This document shows positions 26,780 through 40,324 of a stretch of 64,000 bases of DNA, in pieces. Made by a program: the position numbers and the translations under genes. The DNA is taken from positions 29,762,001-29,826,000 of the forward strand of contig NC_045696.1 of assembly GCF_009834535.1 (NCBI RefSeq). Direction: 5' to 3'. The DNA comes from Camelus ferus. Its lineage: Eukaryota. The notes below the pieces were generated by a model. That model ran no database searches. It had not been told where the DNA came from and saw only the letters and a program-made list of their open reading frames with translations. How positions within the stretch are numbered: position 1 is the first letter of the stretch; each line of letters begins with the position of its first letter.

Positions 26780-27760
26780 TTCCTTCAGAGAGCTGGCACT
26801 GGACTCTAAGTCCTGTCATCCGTCCCAAAGGTGTGGAGTGGGAGTCATCCCTCTTCTGCCTGGAACCTAGAAAGAGGGGCTTCACTGGGAGCATTTGAGG
26901 GGCCTGGGATACGTTCTCATAATTTTGGGGGCTCTCTGGTCTGCTATCTGACAAATGGCCTGACATTCTTCAGGGCAAGGTCATGACTCTCTGAGGTAGC
27001 AGAATCAAGAGAAAAAGAAGGTTCACTTGTGAAATAACTGTATTTTCACTAGTGGGATGGCAAAAAAACTCACAAGCTTTCCTGTGGCCCAGATGTTGAT
27101 GAAAAGAGTGGGAATGCCATCCTGGAGCCATTTAAAATTCTGTTTAGCAGGACTTCCAGGATATACAACAGGATTCTAACTGATAGTCTACATGTGAAGA
27201 TATCTGAGGGATTAAAGTGAGAGAGAAGCAGGTATCTGAAGGAAAGGCACAGAACAAGAAGTTAACAGGTGTTGTAGTCAGAGAAGTCTAGCCTCCAAAA
27301 AGTCCTCAAAAGCTTTAACCATCTGCCAGTCCAAGTTCCTGCACTGCCATCTTGTCCAAGTAACAACTTCCCTACCTCCACTCCTTTTAATTTAGGAGTG
27401 GTATTTACAGAAGCAGGTGAGTATGAGAGATGAGTGAGACAGAAAGACCCATCCCCTGTACCCTCTACCCCTAAATGGCCAGACTACAGCCAGGCCCTGG
27501 CTCAAAAAGGGAGAAGATAGAATGGTAAAATAAACTCAAAGTTTTGATTATGGGGGACTGAACCATGTAATTTCTGAAACAAGACTGTGTTTGGGACATG
27601 AACTGATTGTAGAAGCTCCAGTTACCCCAAACTGACATATGGATCATGAGATCTTCAAATGTTTCATCTAGTAAGTATCAGGTGAAAACTCCTCTCAATA
27701 GGAAAGAAAAAATAAAGTGGGATGCAAAAATAAGGTTTCAGTTTCAGTTTTCCACATGTG
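26780..27760 (+). mobile_element. Possible ancient LTR element (unclassified)
   Basis: GC/purine-richer block ending with 'ggactgaac...aagactgtgttt...aataaag', LTR-like; family not recognised. Confidence 0.3.
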
Positions 27761-30700
27761 TTGTACTTATTAAATAGCAACCATAAGTCTAAAATTAATC
27801 TTTTTTCAGAGAAACTACAGTTAAGGAGCAACTGATTAAAAATGGGATGTATCTGCTATTTTGCTATGTAATAAAATTAATCACCATTGGACACAACCTT
27901 GTTTTTCTTTAAAGTTAAAGTGCAAATTTAAAACTCAAAAGGAGAAGAGTTGAATAAAAAAATCAACAATGCCTTCTGCCTTATCCTAAAAGATATTAAA
28001 CCCCAAATTCACCTATTTATAATTGTATGTACGAGACCAGTTATTCAATGTCATACCAATCTTTTAAAGACAAATCATGGCATATACATAGAAACTATTT
28101 TAAGATTTCCTCAACTTGTTAGAAATATGGAACTATATATTAGACAAATGTAAATTGTGGAGACCTGGCAGTCAGACTCTAATGATTCAAGAAGAATATA
28201 TACATACAACTATTGTATAGAGGGTTGACTAGATGCCCACTTAAAAAAAACTTTCAATGTGTCTATCTGAGCTTTCAATGTGAAGGAGACATTGATTCAT
28301 GGAAATCTAAAAACTTACTAGTTCAGCCATGTGGTTTTGGTTGTGAATGCTTAAGTAAACTGAAATTTCTCTGCCATGATCTGTTAAAGATTGAATTTTT
28401 TATGACTTGAATAGATTTCATTTATTGGAATCAATTTAGACAACAGCACTTTGGTTCTATTAGTTAGCTGCCTTGACCCAGTAGAAAACTGAGTTTCTAT
28501 CCTCTAATTTAGAGAGCAAAGCCTAGAACAAAAGAGGATACTATTGCAATAACAGTGAAAAGATAAGACTTGAGCTTCAAAGAACAGTTGCAAAATGTGG
28601 TTCTGAGCAATCTTCAGTTAGTGAATAAAGTCTCTGCAAATATTTATGAAACTTATATTGTTTTCTTCTTTTTGAAGTTATTTTAAGGATTGCTCTAGAG
28701 CTTAGAGAAATGACTGACAGACGAAACAGTTATGCATCTGTCAGTTTCTATTCACACTGTCTAGACCAGACCTTAATCTTTCAACTGGATTTTGACAATA
28801 CCACCTTTTCCCTAGCATCACTTACTTCGGTATTGCTGTCCTCTCACGGACCCACCACTATATTGACAGATTTTTTTTTTTAATGGCACTCTGTTAAAAT
28901 TTCTCTTTTGTTTAAAATAAATTATTGGTCTCCTATTTCCTAAAGGAGTGTTTCTCAGCAATTTTTTTCCGCCTTAGCACACAAGATATATGATATTCAT
29001 ACGAGGAACAAACCAGCTCGGGCGCACCTAGCTTCAGTCTCATTAGTTGTTTGCTCTGCTTTTTTCTTCTTTTTTTCTACTCACTCAAAAAAACATATTG
29101 AAATGCAAGGGACTACAAGGGATGGCAAAGGGATAAGCTTCTTTTTCTAGAAATAATGGTTTATAACTTCAATTTATTGTGGTACTTATCAAATTACTTA
29201 CATAATAATGTAATGACACTACAATTAAAAATCCTTTGGACTATAGGATAAATCCAGACTATTCATGTGGGTATCCATAGCTCGAGTCAAATATTTTCTC
29301 CTTCTTCCTCAGTCATATCTGTCTCAGACAGGGAAAAAATACAAATTATACAGGAGGGGAGAATTTTCTGCGAGGGAGGAACACATAAGGACAGTAGAGG
29401 CTAGAAAACAACAGACCAACTTTTGAACTTCACAGTTTGCCTGAGACTAGTCTTGAATCCATGAATTTTCTCATGCATTTTTAAGACTATCTTAACTAGG
29501 CATTGCTATATTATTGGCAGCCCTTGAGTTTATAACTCTTATGAAATTACAGAACGTAAATTATGGATCTAGGACATATTAAGTTGCTAAACTGTTAGTA
29601 ATTAGAGATTAGAGCCTCATATTTAAATTTCATAGTCCTACATTTTTTACTAACATGATTTGAACTTTTAGAATGGCAGAAATTCACAATCAAATAACTA
29701 TATTCTAGTTATAAATATTACATTTGATTGCCTTATATATTTTTAATAAAAATATTAAGAATTCTATACCTATGGGATTTACAAAAATAAGATTAATTAT
29801 TGTATCTCAAGTAGAGTAATTCATCAGATCAGATAGTTTGTGAGTTACTGTTGCTAAGGTCATTTATCTTTTAACATTCTGTTCTAACCTGAATGAGTGA
29901 AATTTTCCATTTTGACAGCAAAACAATTTTCTTAGCTAAGGATACACTAAAACTAGGAAACTCCATGTGCAAATTTCTAAGTTACAATTTTTAAAAAGCT
30001 CACATTCCTAAATTCCACATACATCTTTTTGATACAGGTTTTCCTTTCTAGGTTTAATTTTCTTTCTAAGACCTCATTTGACAATTACATGTCTCTTTGA
30101 GTCTATATTTCTATAAAGTTTTCTACCTTCCTAACTAAATTATGATTTCTTTAGAGAAAAGAGTGTGTATTCTGTCTCTTTGTGTTCCAAATTTATAACA
30201 GAGTGCTTTGAGGATATCAAGGCAAATTTAGTTTGGGGAAAATTAATTTTGAGAGGAAAATTTAAGAGTTTTTTTTTCAAAGTAACTCAACATCATTATC
30301 AACAAATGTTTGGTTGCAACACTATTCTAGATGTGGAATATGTTTTGTGGCACTTGCCCTCAAAGCATTTGCAATCTATTTACAGAAGCAGGCTGCATAC
30401 TCACGGCTCATTCATAAAAGAGCTAAATAAGAGGCATAGACATTAATTGTTGGTGCAGTTTTGAAAATTATTTCTGGTGTTATCAGGGAAATTTTGAGGT
30501 ATCTGAGTGGAATTAAATGATATTTTATATGATTTTAATACATATACAAGTAAAGTTTTTTTTTTTTATTTTATTTTACAAAAAGAATATCACCGCACTT
30601 ATGTGCAAGGCAAGGGGACATTCTGAACTTTGTAATCCTCTGAGGGAGGGCTTCCTTTGGCATCTGTACATGTGAACATATCATTAACATTGTTTTGAGA

Positions 30701-31190
30701 ATTAGATGCTTGTTTTTTTTCATTGCACAGCCACGCTTTCTAATAAGAAATCGTGCACATTTTGTAATGTAAGGTTTTATATTTACAAAGGATTCAAATG
30801 AAGGACATGCAAATACTGCCATCAAATTTACTGCTACCCTTGCTTTGGCAGTGGAGAAGCCCAAAGGCCAGCAATTGAAGAAAAAACAAAAAGTGGTAAA
30901 GCCATTATTTATAAAAGTTAGTGAAAAATTAATTATTTCTATGACAATGTGCAATATTTCAGTAGCCTTGCACTGTCATGGCTAAGCCTTGTGCGACAAA
31001 AACAAAAGCCTCTGATTTCCAAATATGGTTTCATTAAATCCCAAAGGAAACTAAAGTTCTGAGAGCTCTCACCCAAAAGATTATTATCATTTGGACACCA
31101 GCCCCAGTTTATTTGACTTCAAAGCACATATTCTTTCCACCTCAGTATATTAAAATTGACCTGACCATTTGTGCATACATGAACATGTAT

Positions 31191-31217
31191 ACACACACAC
31201 ACACACACACACACACA
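31191..31217 (+). repeat. (AC)13 microsatellite
   Basis: Seen directly. Confidence 0.97.
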
Positions 31218-31964
31218 GGCTTAGTTTTCTTTCAGGTTTGGGGAACATTTTAGTCACAAGAGATTTCTCTTAGTTGATCAACACAATGTTAAAAATTACA
31301 TTATGAAGATTCTTGTCTTAATTTTCCTGTTGCATCTTTGCATTTCTACTTTCATAAATGTTATTTATTTATTCATTCACTCAGTCATTCATACATTCTG
31401 CTAGGTGCTGCTAATGATTAAGAAAGTCTCTGTTATAGGGACTTACTAGCCAATTAGGAAAAAATAAATATATATACACAAATATATGCCACAGGTAATT
31501 AAGAGGAAGGAATTCTCTAGGTTCAGTGAAAAAATAATGGAGGAGAGTGCAGTAATTATATCGTGAGTTATATTAAACTGGAGCCTCAGGTTTATAACAT
31601 CTATTTTGTATGTTTGCCATAGAGATAAGATGTCTTATTACAATATCCTTTTCATAAGCACAGTATACAAAGGTCTTGGATGGTGTCCAGCATTGACCTA
31701 TCAAAGGATGAATTTAGTTCTTTCTCTTGTGACTTTCTTTAGCCTATATATACTTCTGTCATAGGACTTAGAACATTTTGGTCTTTATTATTTATCTGTT
31801 TAAAAGTTCTAACGTAACTAAACTAGTACCTCCTAAGGGCAGTGTCTTTGATTGTATAGCTAAAGCCTTTCACAGAATCAGGCTTATATAAGGAATCTAA
31901 CGAATATTTGTGTAGAAAATGAAACAAATATGCAGCACATGACAGTTTATAAATCTTTTCATAA

Positions 31965-32046
31965 AACACACAGATATATGTGTACATAAATATGTATGTA
32001 TGTATACATATATACACATGTGTATGTATATAAGTATATATATATA
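31965..32046 (+). repeat. Degenerate (TA/TG/CA)n low-complexity tract
   Basis: atatatgtgtacataaatatgtatgtatgtatacatatatacacatgtgtatgtatata. Confidence 0.85.
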
Positions 32047-33799
32047 AAAATACAAATTTATTATTACTATCTTAATGTGAGAGAGAAAAGTATAAAATTA
32101 AGCAAAATTTAATCTCTATTACTGATTTTTTTTATCCTAACAGTGACAATTGTAAGTTAGAGCAACTAATGTATTTATTTTTTGTGTTAAGAAATGATTA
32201 TCAGAGAGATTGCTGCTAGGGCAAATTCAGGTGTAAACCAGAACCAGTGCACAGGTAACTGATTCCTAAATCAATGTTCTTCCATTTTACTGTACTAGTA
32301 AATGCACTAACGTAGGAAATAAGAGTAATAACTCCTATTTGTTCCTTTCACCCAAGGTTCTCAGCATGCCTTGCTAATTGTATCCACAATCAGAGAAAAG
32401 AAATCTCTTATACCTTCAGGATTTTGTCTAATTCATTCTGAAGCCAGTGGCTGAGCCCCAAATATAGCCCTTCTTTTATTTTGATCAAAAGATCGTATTG
32501 GCTATGCCAACCTATTAGTGTCTAGAGAAGCTGTGAGTTAAATTTCTGTGCTTCAAAGGATAAAAAGCATTATTTCTGTTTTGAGATGGTATCTAAAAAA
32601 AAAAAAGATTCTGTATGTAGGAGGTTCATTCAGCACACACTTCTAGCATACTTTTAAATCCATCTTAAAATAGAAGTCTGTCTAGTTCCTCTGGATCTCT
32701 TATAAATTGCTGATGTCAATGCTAAGAATGTATTATTTAGTTGTAATTTTTAAAAAACAGTACAGTTTTAAAGTTAAGACTTAGTATTACACAGGACCTC
32801 ATTTGGATTAATGCAGTGTTGATGTTTAAGTGTTGATATCTTCCATCCTCATGCTAGCCTTGGCAAGTCATATTTATAAAAGATGCTTGACATACTACAG
32901 CCATTCTTTAATTTAGTGATAATTGTAATCAAGCACTTACAGATAATATTTCTGGCAATACGTGTATATGATAAGGTTAAGTAGTAATGGATCTGATTAG
33001 AAATAACAATGATAACTCTAAGGTTATGGTAAAAGATTTACATACTTGAAAGTTTGGATTAAACATTCTGTGACATGTTTATATTTAAATAAATTAAAAA
33101 TCTTGCCCTTTGAGTCTTTTACTCAAATCCTCTATTATATCTATATTCATTCAACTTACGCTTCCTTATTATATAGTAGTACGGTATAGGTGGATTTAAG
33201 ACTGATTTCTCTGTTTTAGAAATTATCATTAATGATCAAACACTTGATTAGATTGCCAAGTAGTCTAACTTGGTTATAATGGCAAAAATAATAAGGTTGT
33301 TATTTTCTGGTTCAAGTATTGACACTATTACATTGTCTCAACTATTAAACTGTAATACTCTTAGGGAGTCTTCTGTTGGTAATTTGGGATTTACTGATTG
33401 ATCTTAAACACCTGGTAACTTTCAGAGCTGATTGCCCCCATGATGCAATCTTTTCTATCAAGAACATACATCGCAACACCAGTCCCTCCCTCGCAGTGTT
33501 TTTTCAATGTGAGCACATGCAGTTAATCAATTAAAAATTCATAATTATTGAGTACCTTAAATATAATAAGGGCATTGTGTTAATTGTGAGAATACAAAAA
33601 ATAAACATCATATGCCATGTTCTCAAGGAACTTATTATCAGTTGTGACAGAACATTTTAAATTCAACTATTGTATAAAAAGCTTATGGAAAAAATTAGGG
33701 GCCATGTAAATAGAAGAATAGGAATATATTAAAAAATACTGGATGTAAGATTGACAGTCAGTACACTGTATTGGTTTTGAATATTTCCCTTTTAGTCAG

Positions 33800-34140
33800 T
33801 CTGTATCAATTTAAATCTCACCTCAATCAGATAGGAGTTAAGTGACTTTGGGCAAGTTACTTGAATTTTCTATCAGGTATTTATTATATGATATGTCTTC
33901 AGAGTGATATAACTTGTGGTAATAATAGTGTATATGTACTTCAACTTATTGTCAGAATTAAATAAATTAATATATATAATAGTGCCTGGCACATAGAAAT
34001 GCTTTATAAGTATCAGGTATTATTATTAGTAGCATTATACTGAAGGATAAATAAGATAATAATGTATATGAAGTGCTTAGGAGAGTGCCTGTTTCACACT
34101 AATGCATTGAAAATGTTGATTTATTATCATCATTATTATA
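33800..34140 (+). mobile_element. Two adjacent MIR pieces
   Basis: 'gtgactttgggcaagttacttgaa', 'atagtgcctggcacatag', then a second 3' half 'aagtgcttaggagagtgcctg...tattatcatcattatt'. Confidence 0.8.
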
Positions 34141-34534
34141 TGTGCTTGGTTGCTAAGTTCTCTTTTGAAGAAAATAAAACCAAACCATACCAAACTAAAC
34201 AAAAAATACATGCACAAGGTAAGAACTCATATATCCCTACAACTCACATCTAATTGTTAAAGAGAAACCATGTTTTGTTGTGATTTTGTTTAAGGAAAAG
34301 ATTTTGAAAGTTATCTGGAAACGGGAATGGTCTATGATATTAATACTTGAATAAATCACACAGAGAGACACACAAAACAAGAATGAATGAAAAACACCAC
34401 ACCTGGTGTCACTTCTGTGTTCTGACTGTGAAAAAGGCCAAATACCAATATTAAACCTCAGTCAGTTGCCAAATGCTGTCAAAATAACTGAATTTCTTGC
34501 AGTAGGATGAGTGCATATGTATATATACACACAT

Positions 34535-35120
34535 TCACTAAAGCTTCCTCTACCTACTAAAATAGCAAACCAAAATAAACTCATCCCTAGTAAGACTGCC
34601 TGTATTTCTGCCTCCACAAAGGACTTCAAAGATATATTCTTGTTAACTTGCCAATCTGGCTTGCACAGAGGTAAATGAATTTTGGAAAATGACAGTGGAT
34701 TATCATAAACACATCCACTGGCAATTCTAATTTCAGTTGCTCTTCTAGATGTGTTTTCTTTACTAGAGTGAAACAGTAGAGTATCTGGCAACTGGTATGC
34801 AACCATGGACTTAGTGAACACCTTATTCTCTATACCTGATGGTAAAGACAACCAGAAGTGGCTTAATTTCATCTGGAAGATAGCAATACCCCTGTACTTC
34901 CTAATTTCAGGACGATGTCAACTTTCCAGGTTTTCTGTCATAAACTAATCTGCATGGGCTTGGTTTGTCCTGCTATTTCTGACAACATCATGCTGATCTG
35001 CTACCTTTATGATATATTTATTGGATTTGCTGAGCAGGATCTAATAAACAATCAATATGCAGGTAAGTCACATGTATCCCAGAGGATGGAAAATGAATCC
35101 ATTAGAAATTTAGGAGATGG
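34535..35120 (+). pseudogene. ERV-L (class III endogenous retrovirus) pol fragment: reverse transcriptase, decayed
   Basis: Manual translation across stops/frameshifts: LKLPLPTKIANQ..IP..ISASTKDFKD, NLPIWLAQR, WKMTVDYHK, DVFSLLE*, GNWYATMDLVNTLFSIP, NQKWLNFIW, FCHKLI, NIMLICYLYDI; colinear with ERV-L RT (WRMTVDYRKLN, WYAAIDLANAFFSIP, LCHNL, LVHYIDDIML). Confidence 0.93.
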
Positions 35121-35129
35121 GAACACAGT

Positions 35130-35450
35130 TGTGAGGGAAGTACTTCACACTGCAGTTGCTAGGGGAGGAGTAGGTCAGGGCAGACATTGTGCAACATATG
35201 CATTTAATCTAGACCTTAAAGAATAGATGGGGCTTTTGTAGTTAGAGCTAGGGAAAGGAGGACATTTTAGGTGGAGAGAAAAATGTGGGAAGAAAAACAT
35301 GGAAGTTAGAAGGTGGAACAGCACAAAAGCTGTTTTAGAAATGGGGAATAGTAACTGGAAAACAAAAAGTAAGTAGAAATGAAGCTGGAAAGACAAGCTG
35401 GGGCTTGAATTGCCAAGGTAGGGAATTTGAAGTTTATTTTTGATTCTAAG
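35130..35450 (-). mobile_element. L2 fragment
   Basis: 'ctagaccttaaagaatagatgggg...ggacattttaggtggagagaa...gggcttgaattgccaagg...gaatttgaagtttattt'. Confidence 0.7.
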
Positions 35451-35999
35451 GTTTATATTTGAACTAGAGGAAATGTTCCAATAGGCCTATTAATCTGCAA
35501 GAGGAGGCAGGAACCAATGGGAGGGGTGATTGTGGCATACACTCTTATCTTTTCCCCTTCTCCCCAGTCCCCTGACCGCACGAGTCTGTTAGGTTGAATA
35601 GTATTGACCCCAAGGTGAGAGCTGTGCCTTTAATTGAACACTTGCAAAACTATGATATGCTTCTTTACCTAAACTTTAAAAACCCTAAATAGCTGGGAAA
35701 AGATAAAATTCCAAATCCACTTACATGGATGGTAATGTCCACTACCGTGGCAGTTGATTCACCTTTTAGTTTTTTACTCACTAAGTAACCGATCCCTTAG
35801 CAAGAGAATAGATTGCAAATTATCAGTTGGATATCTAACTTAGAAATGGTCTGGAAGAGGGAAATTATTGATGTTTGCACTTTAGTGGGCTAAATTGGAA
35901 GACGTCACTGGTCTACGCTCAGGACTACTCATAGTTTAGTAGACTTGTCCTGATTGTAATAGTGGGAATAGTGGTAGTAGCCCAGTGCTGGTAGTAGTA

Positions 36000-36222
36000 A
36001 CAATACTGTAGGTTGTATCTATTACAAACTTACATGTCAGGAACAGTTCTATTAATCCAACTACAGCTCTATGGATTAGATACTATTATCATCCCTATTT
36101 TAGAGATGAAGAATCTGTGACACGGACAGATCACTGACTTTGATCAAGGACACACAACCAGGAAGTGTTAGACCAGGCAACCCAGCAGTGTCCCCTCAGA
36201 GTCTGTACCCTTAATTACCACA
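36000..36222 (-). mobile_element. MIR SINE
   Basis: 'tactattatcatccctattttagagatgaagaatctg...tgactttgatcaaggacacacaaccaggaagtg'. Confidence 0.85.
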
Positions 36223-36477
36223 CAGCACGAGAGTACTTGTGGTGTGGCTCACCACTCATAAAAACCTAGCAAGTTTTGGGCATAATTTCTGGAAATAGAT
36301 TACAGTTGTTTGTTTTCATTTGTTTGTTTTTATAGATGAAAGCCATTAGCCTATATTTAAATATGTGATCTTTTCCTTATTGGCATGTTTATGTAACTCC
36401 AGCCATGATGTATAGTAAAGGTGAGTAGAAGAATTAATCATCCTCCTTTTCCATCAGTCACAACAGTTGCTTATCTT

Positions 36478-36975
36478 TTTTTATTTAAAAAGTAAACTTT
36501 ATTGAGGCCTAATTTACATACAATAATATTTACCAATTTTAAGTGTTTGATCTTATGAGTTTTGAAAAATACAAATACATATTAAAAATATGTGTAGTCA
36601 TATATCATATAGAGAATATTTCTCCTATATCAAAAATTTAACTCATGCCTATTAGCACTCAATCATCTCTCTAATCTCTTGCCTCTGACAACCACTGATA
36701 TGCTATTATCTATTGTTTTTTCTTTTTTAGAATTTCATATAAATGGAATTATACAGGATGTAGTTTTTGTGTCCGGCTTCTTTCACTTAGCATAATGCTT
36801 TAAATATTTCTCTATGTGGTTTCGTGCATAAGTAGTTTGTTTCTTTTTTATTGCTGAGTAGTACTCCATCATAAAAACTTACAATAATTCAATAATTTAT
36901 TTATCCATTCACAAGTTACTAGACCTTTGGGTTTTTCCAACATTTGGTTATTTTGAATGAATTGAGTACAAGTTT
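36478..36975 (-). mobile_element. Old L1 3' end (L1MB/MC-like)
   Basis: 'actttattgaggcctaatttacatacaataa', 'caaccactgat', 'atataaatggaattatacag', 'ggcttctttcacttagcataatg', 'ttatccattcac'. Confidence 0.9.
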
Positions 36976-36979
36976 AGTC

Positions 36980-37004
36980 TTTTTTTTTTTTTTTTTTTTT
37001 TTTT
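36980..37004 (+). repeat. poly(T) run
   Basis: ~25 T seen directly. Confidence 0.95.
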
Positions 37005-39029
37005 AGTGTTCATGACATTTTGAAAAGCATAGTTAATTTAAAATTTCACTATTATTCTGAAATTGTGATTTTTGGTGGATTTACTTTTGATGTTGTCTTT
37101 TTTTGATTCCACCAAAGACTTTACTTTAGACTCATATGTCTGGCTTTATGGCCAATTATGTTAACACTTCTTTGTTCTTTATACTTTACTTCATGTTTGT
37201 TGATACTACTATTTTTGTTAAGACACATGTGATCATTGTGTTTTATTTTAATTTTTACATGTTCAAGTATTTAAACTTCACTTGTAAAATCCTGTTTTTA
37301 GTTACATCATGTAAGATAGCCAAGGATGGAGCCAGGCAATCTCTCTAGATCCTAATGGTGGTAATTCAGATCTTGTTTAATGGATGTATGAGCATGACTA
37401 AAGGCCAATGGTCCTGTGCCAGAAAGAGGAAGGACCAATTAATAAATGAATAACTTATCCTTCTGTTTGTAATTGAATTCCACAATCTAATTTTGTTTAA
37501 ACAAATCCTCATGCCTTCATTATGAGTGTAGTGTACTAAAGTGAGTGCTGAGCTTTGGCTCCTCCTGTGAACTGTAAGATGTGAGATTCTAATATATTTA
37601 TAAATCTAGTACAGTTTCATTTATTACTCACCAAAATGGCCAATAATCAAGGCATAGCCTTTTAAATAAGCAATTCACTTTAAGAATTAATACACATGGA
37701 GAAGAACGATTTTTAAATTTTTGAATTATTGTTCTCTCCTGCAGATAATAATAAACTTTTTTTTGTCAGCTGATTTGTAGGCATGGTATTCATTATGTTC
37801 TGATTCTTGTATACTTTACTATATTCTTTCTATCCTCCTCAAATAGGAAATTTCCCAAAGATAACATTAATAATCATTCTCATTAAAAAACAATAAAATG
37901 TAGGAAAAATACCCTGGATTTTATTACTGAGAAGATCTTTATCAGACTGGTGATTTCTAAAAACATTTAACACTATTGTGATAATTAAAGATTTTCTGTT
38001 TCAGTACAATCACATTTCCTAGCATTTCTCTCTAGGTAGGTATATTTGGTATTTTTAAGTGAAAAACACAGCACAGTTCTGTTGTATCATATCATATTTA
38101 TTATTAAAGGATTCAAATTTTCAATTGCTCTTTGACTTTGGAAGCCAAGTGTATATTGCAGAAATCTGAGGTCATCTTTAACGTTCAAGAGGCTTTTCAG
38201 AATGGTAAAATGAATATAAACTTTAAAGAAAACGCCAATTTTATTCTAAGTAATGACAGTAAAAAAAAATGAAATAGTTAAGGATTGCACGTTTTGAAAA
38301 TTGAAAAAAAGGAAAAATAGAGGATATTGCTTTTTTGGCATGATACTGACATTGATGTAGCTCTACAAAGTTTGTTACATGTTAATTTTTTCCTTCTTTC
38401 TTTTTCTTTCTTTCTTCTTTTTTATTAACAAAACACAGCATGTTATAATATTCAAACCAGTTGCTTCATCTCTGAACCTTTTGTTTTCATGGCTGGGCGA
38501 GAGAGAGTTTTCATCAGTGAGACAAAATTCAAGTTGGTATTATAAAGCAAAAACAAGGCAGTCTGAGAGATTACAAGGTGTTTTAGGTACACAAGTCTTA
38601 ACTGAAAACATATAGATTGATAAGAAGAGCCAAATTTAGGTCCCATGTTCATGAAAAAAACTCATTCTGATTTCCAGGGACATTTTGTTGTCCCTTGGAT
38701 AATTTATTTAAAGCATATAACATACATAGTTGCTTCTCAGTAAAGAGTGAAAAACTGAATATTCTTTGGAGAGAGTTTGTAGGATAAATGAATTTGGAAC
38801 TTCAATGGAAAAATTTGAGGTTTTCCATTTCGTGGTCCCTGGCTTGCCTCAACTATTCATTTTTTGTTTGCTTTATTTTCCTCTCCCAACATTCTGTGAA
38901 TCAGATGACTGCCTCTTCATATACTAAGGTCATTCAGTATGTCCTTTTTGAATAGTTGTTACAAGTCTAAGGTACATAGAGGTAGGCAGTGAAAGGTAAC
39001 AGGAAGATGGGAGGAGATGAGACGATGCG

Positions 39030-39260
39030 TTGGGAAGAATGCGGGCATTAGTCAGAGTTCCTGGGTGTCAATATATGTTGTGCCCTTATGAGCAATCCAT
39101 TTCATCTCTTTCAAGATCCCCTTTCTTCATCAGCTTACAGAAGAACACAGGGTCTGACAGAAATGCTTGAGATGCTTGTGTCAGGGGCTCATTATGAGAA
39201 TTATATCAGCTAATATGTGATGGTGCCTTGTATCTTAGGAGGCACTATTTAGGTATTAGT
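39030..39260 (+). mobile_element. MIR SINE (diverged)
   Basis: 'agtcagagttcctgggt...tgtgcccttatgagcaatccatttcatctct...ctttcttcatc'. Confidence 0.55.
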
Positions 39261-39638
39261 GGGTGTCTGAAAACTAGTGCTGCAAAGCTTGAAATTCTTG
39301 TAAATATTCCAAGATGTTTAATGGCTTTTCTGCAGCATACAGTCATGGTGAAAAAATTCTTATGAAATCCGAGGTACTTTTGGATACCACAGTTTTAATA
39401 AAACATCAACTATTTTCTTTATGCTTTCCTGAATGTAAGAGCTGACTGCAGGATAAAGAAAGCTGCCCTTCCCCTCTAGAGTCCTATAAGAAACTTCCAA
39501 TGTTATAGATTCTTTCATTGACTGATTGCACTTATCTACATTTTCTTTTCATAAAGCATCTGTGAGAAAAAAGCAACCTGGATTAAAATTTGTGCTTTCT
39601 TGTAAGACTTTTATTTAGCAGGCAAAGTCAACTGTGGG

Positions 39639-39954
39639 CAAGGCTGGATCCAGGTTTTGTGGGGCCTGAAGCTTAATCAATTTGAAGATCCCTCTTTGAG
39701 GAAAAGAGTGCAAAATTACAAATACAAAATTAGGTATGAAAATGAAATTTTATTTAGGATGAGAGAACAAATTAAAACAAATCAGGTCCCTTTCTTCTCA
39801 GATCTTTTAACGCTATTTACTGGATATATTTGCATAGAAATGCTTCATGATTGCAACTTGACTTCTTCTCACCTGGACCTTTATAATCCCAGCAACTGCT
39901 AACAGCCACGGGGGCCTGTGCAAAGAAGGGACCGGGAAGGTTTTTCTGACCCTG
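39639..39954 (-). mobile_element. hAT-Tip100 element, MER115/Zaphod-like, internally deleted
   Basis: 'ggatccaggttttgtggggcctgaagctta...aaaattacaaatacaaaattaggtatgaaaatgaa'; other end 'gggcctgtgcaa...tctgaccctg'; perfect 8-bp TSD actgtggg (39631-39638, 39955-39962). Confidence 0.92.
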
Positions 39955-40324
39955 ACTGTGGGGAAAGTCTATTTAACTGCTTTTGTTCTGATTCTCTTCA
40001 CTGGGACTATCAGGCAACCTATGCAACTCTTTAAAAAGCACATGAAGACTTTCTTTGAAGGACTATAGATTTTTCCATCAACTCCCCCTCCAGTGTAACT
40101 GCTAAGTGATATAAGGCAAGGATCCTCAGAGTACCTTTTATAGGTAGTTTCTTGTGTCTAGGAATTTAAATAAAACTTAGGAGCTAGGCCTGGAGGCTAC
40201 TTTGAATGGTCACTTGCTTTCTGTCTCGGGGTGATTTTTATATTGTTTTATTTTCCTCTGCCCTCCCCCTCAAGGCTTTCTATCCTTCATTTTTTTTTAG
40301 TATATTTGATTTCACTGCATAGAG

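Noticed and set aside
28708..28748. Hairpin actgacaga...tctgtcagt as possible miRNA/MITE
   Set aside because: Stem too short, no further support
28945..29245. Possible hAT-Charlie element starting 'agtgtttctcagc'
   Set aside because: Right terminus and TSD could not be identified with confidence
34462..34872. Longest ORF in the window (136 aa, minus)
   Set aside because: Antisense to the ERV-L pol fossil; no protein resemblance
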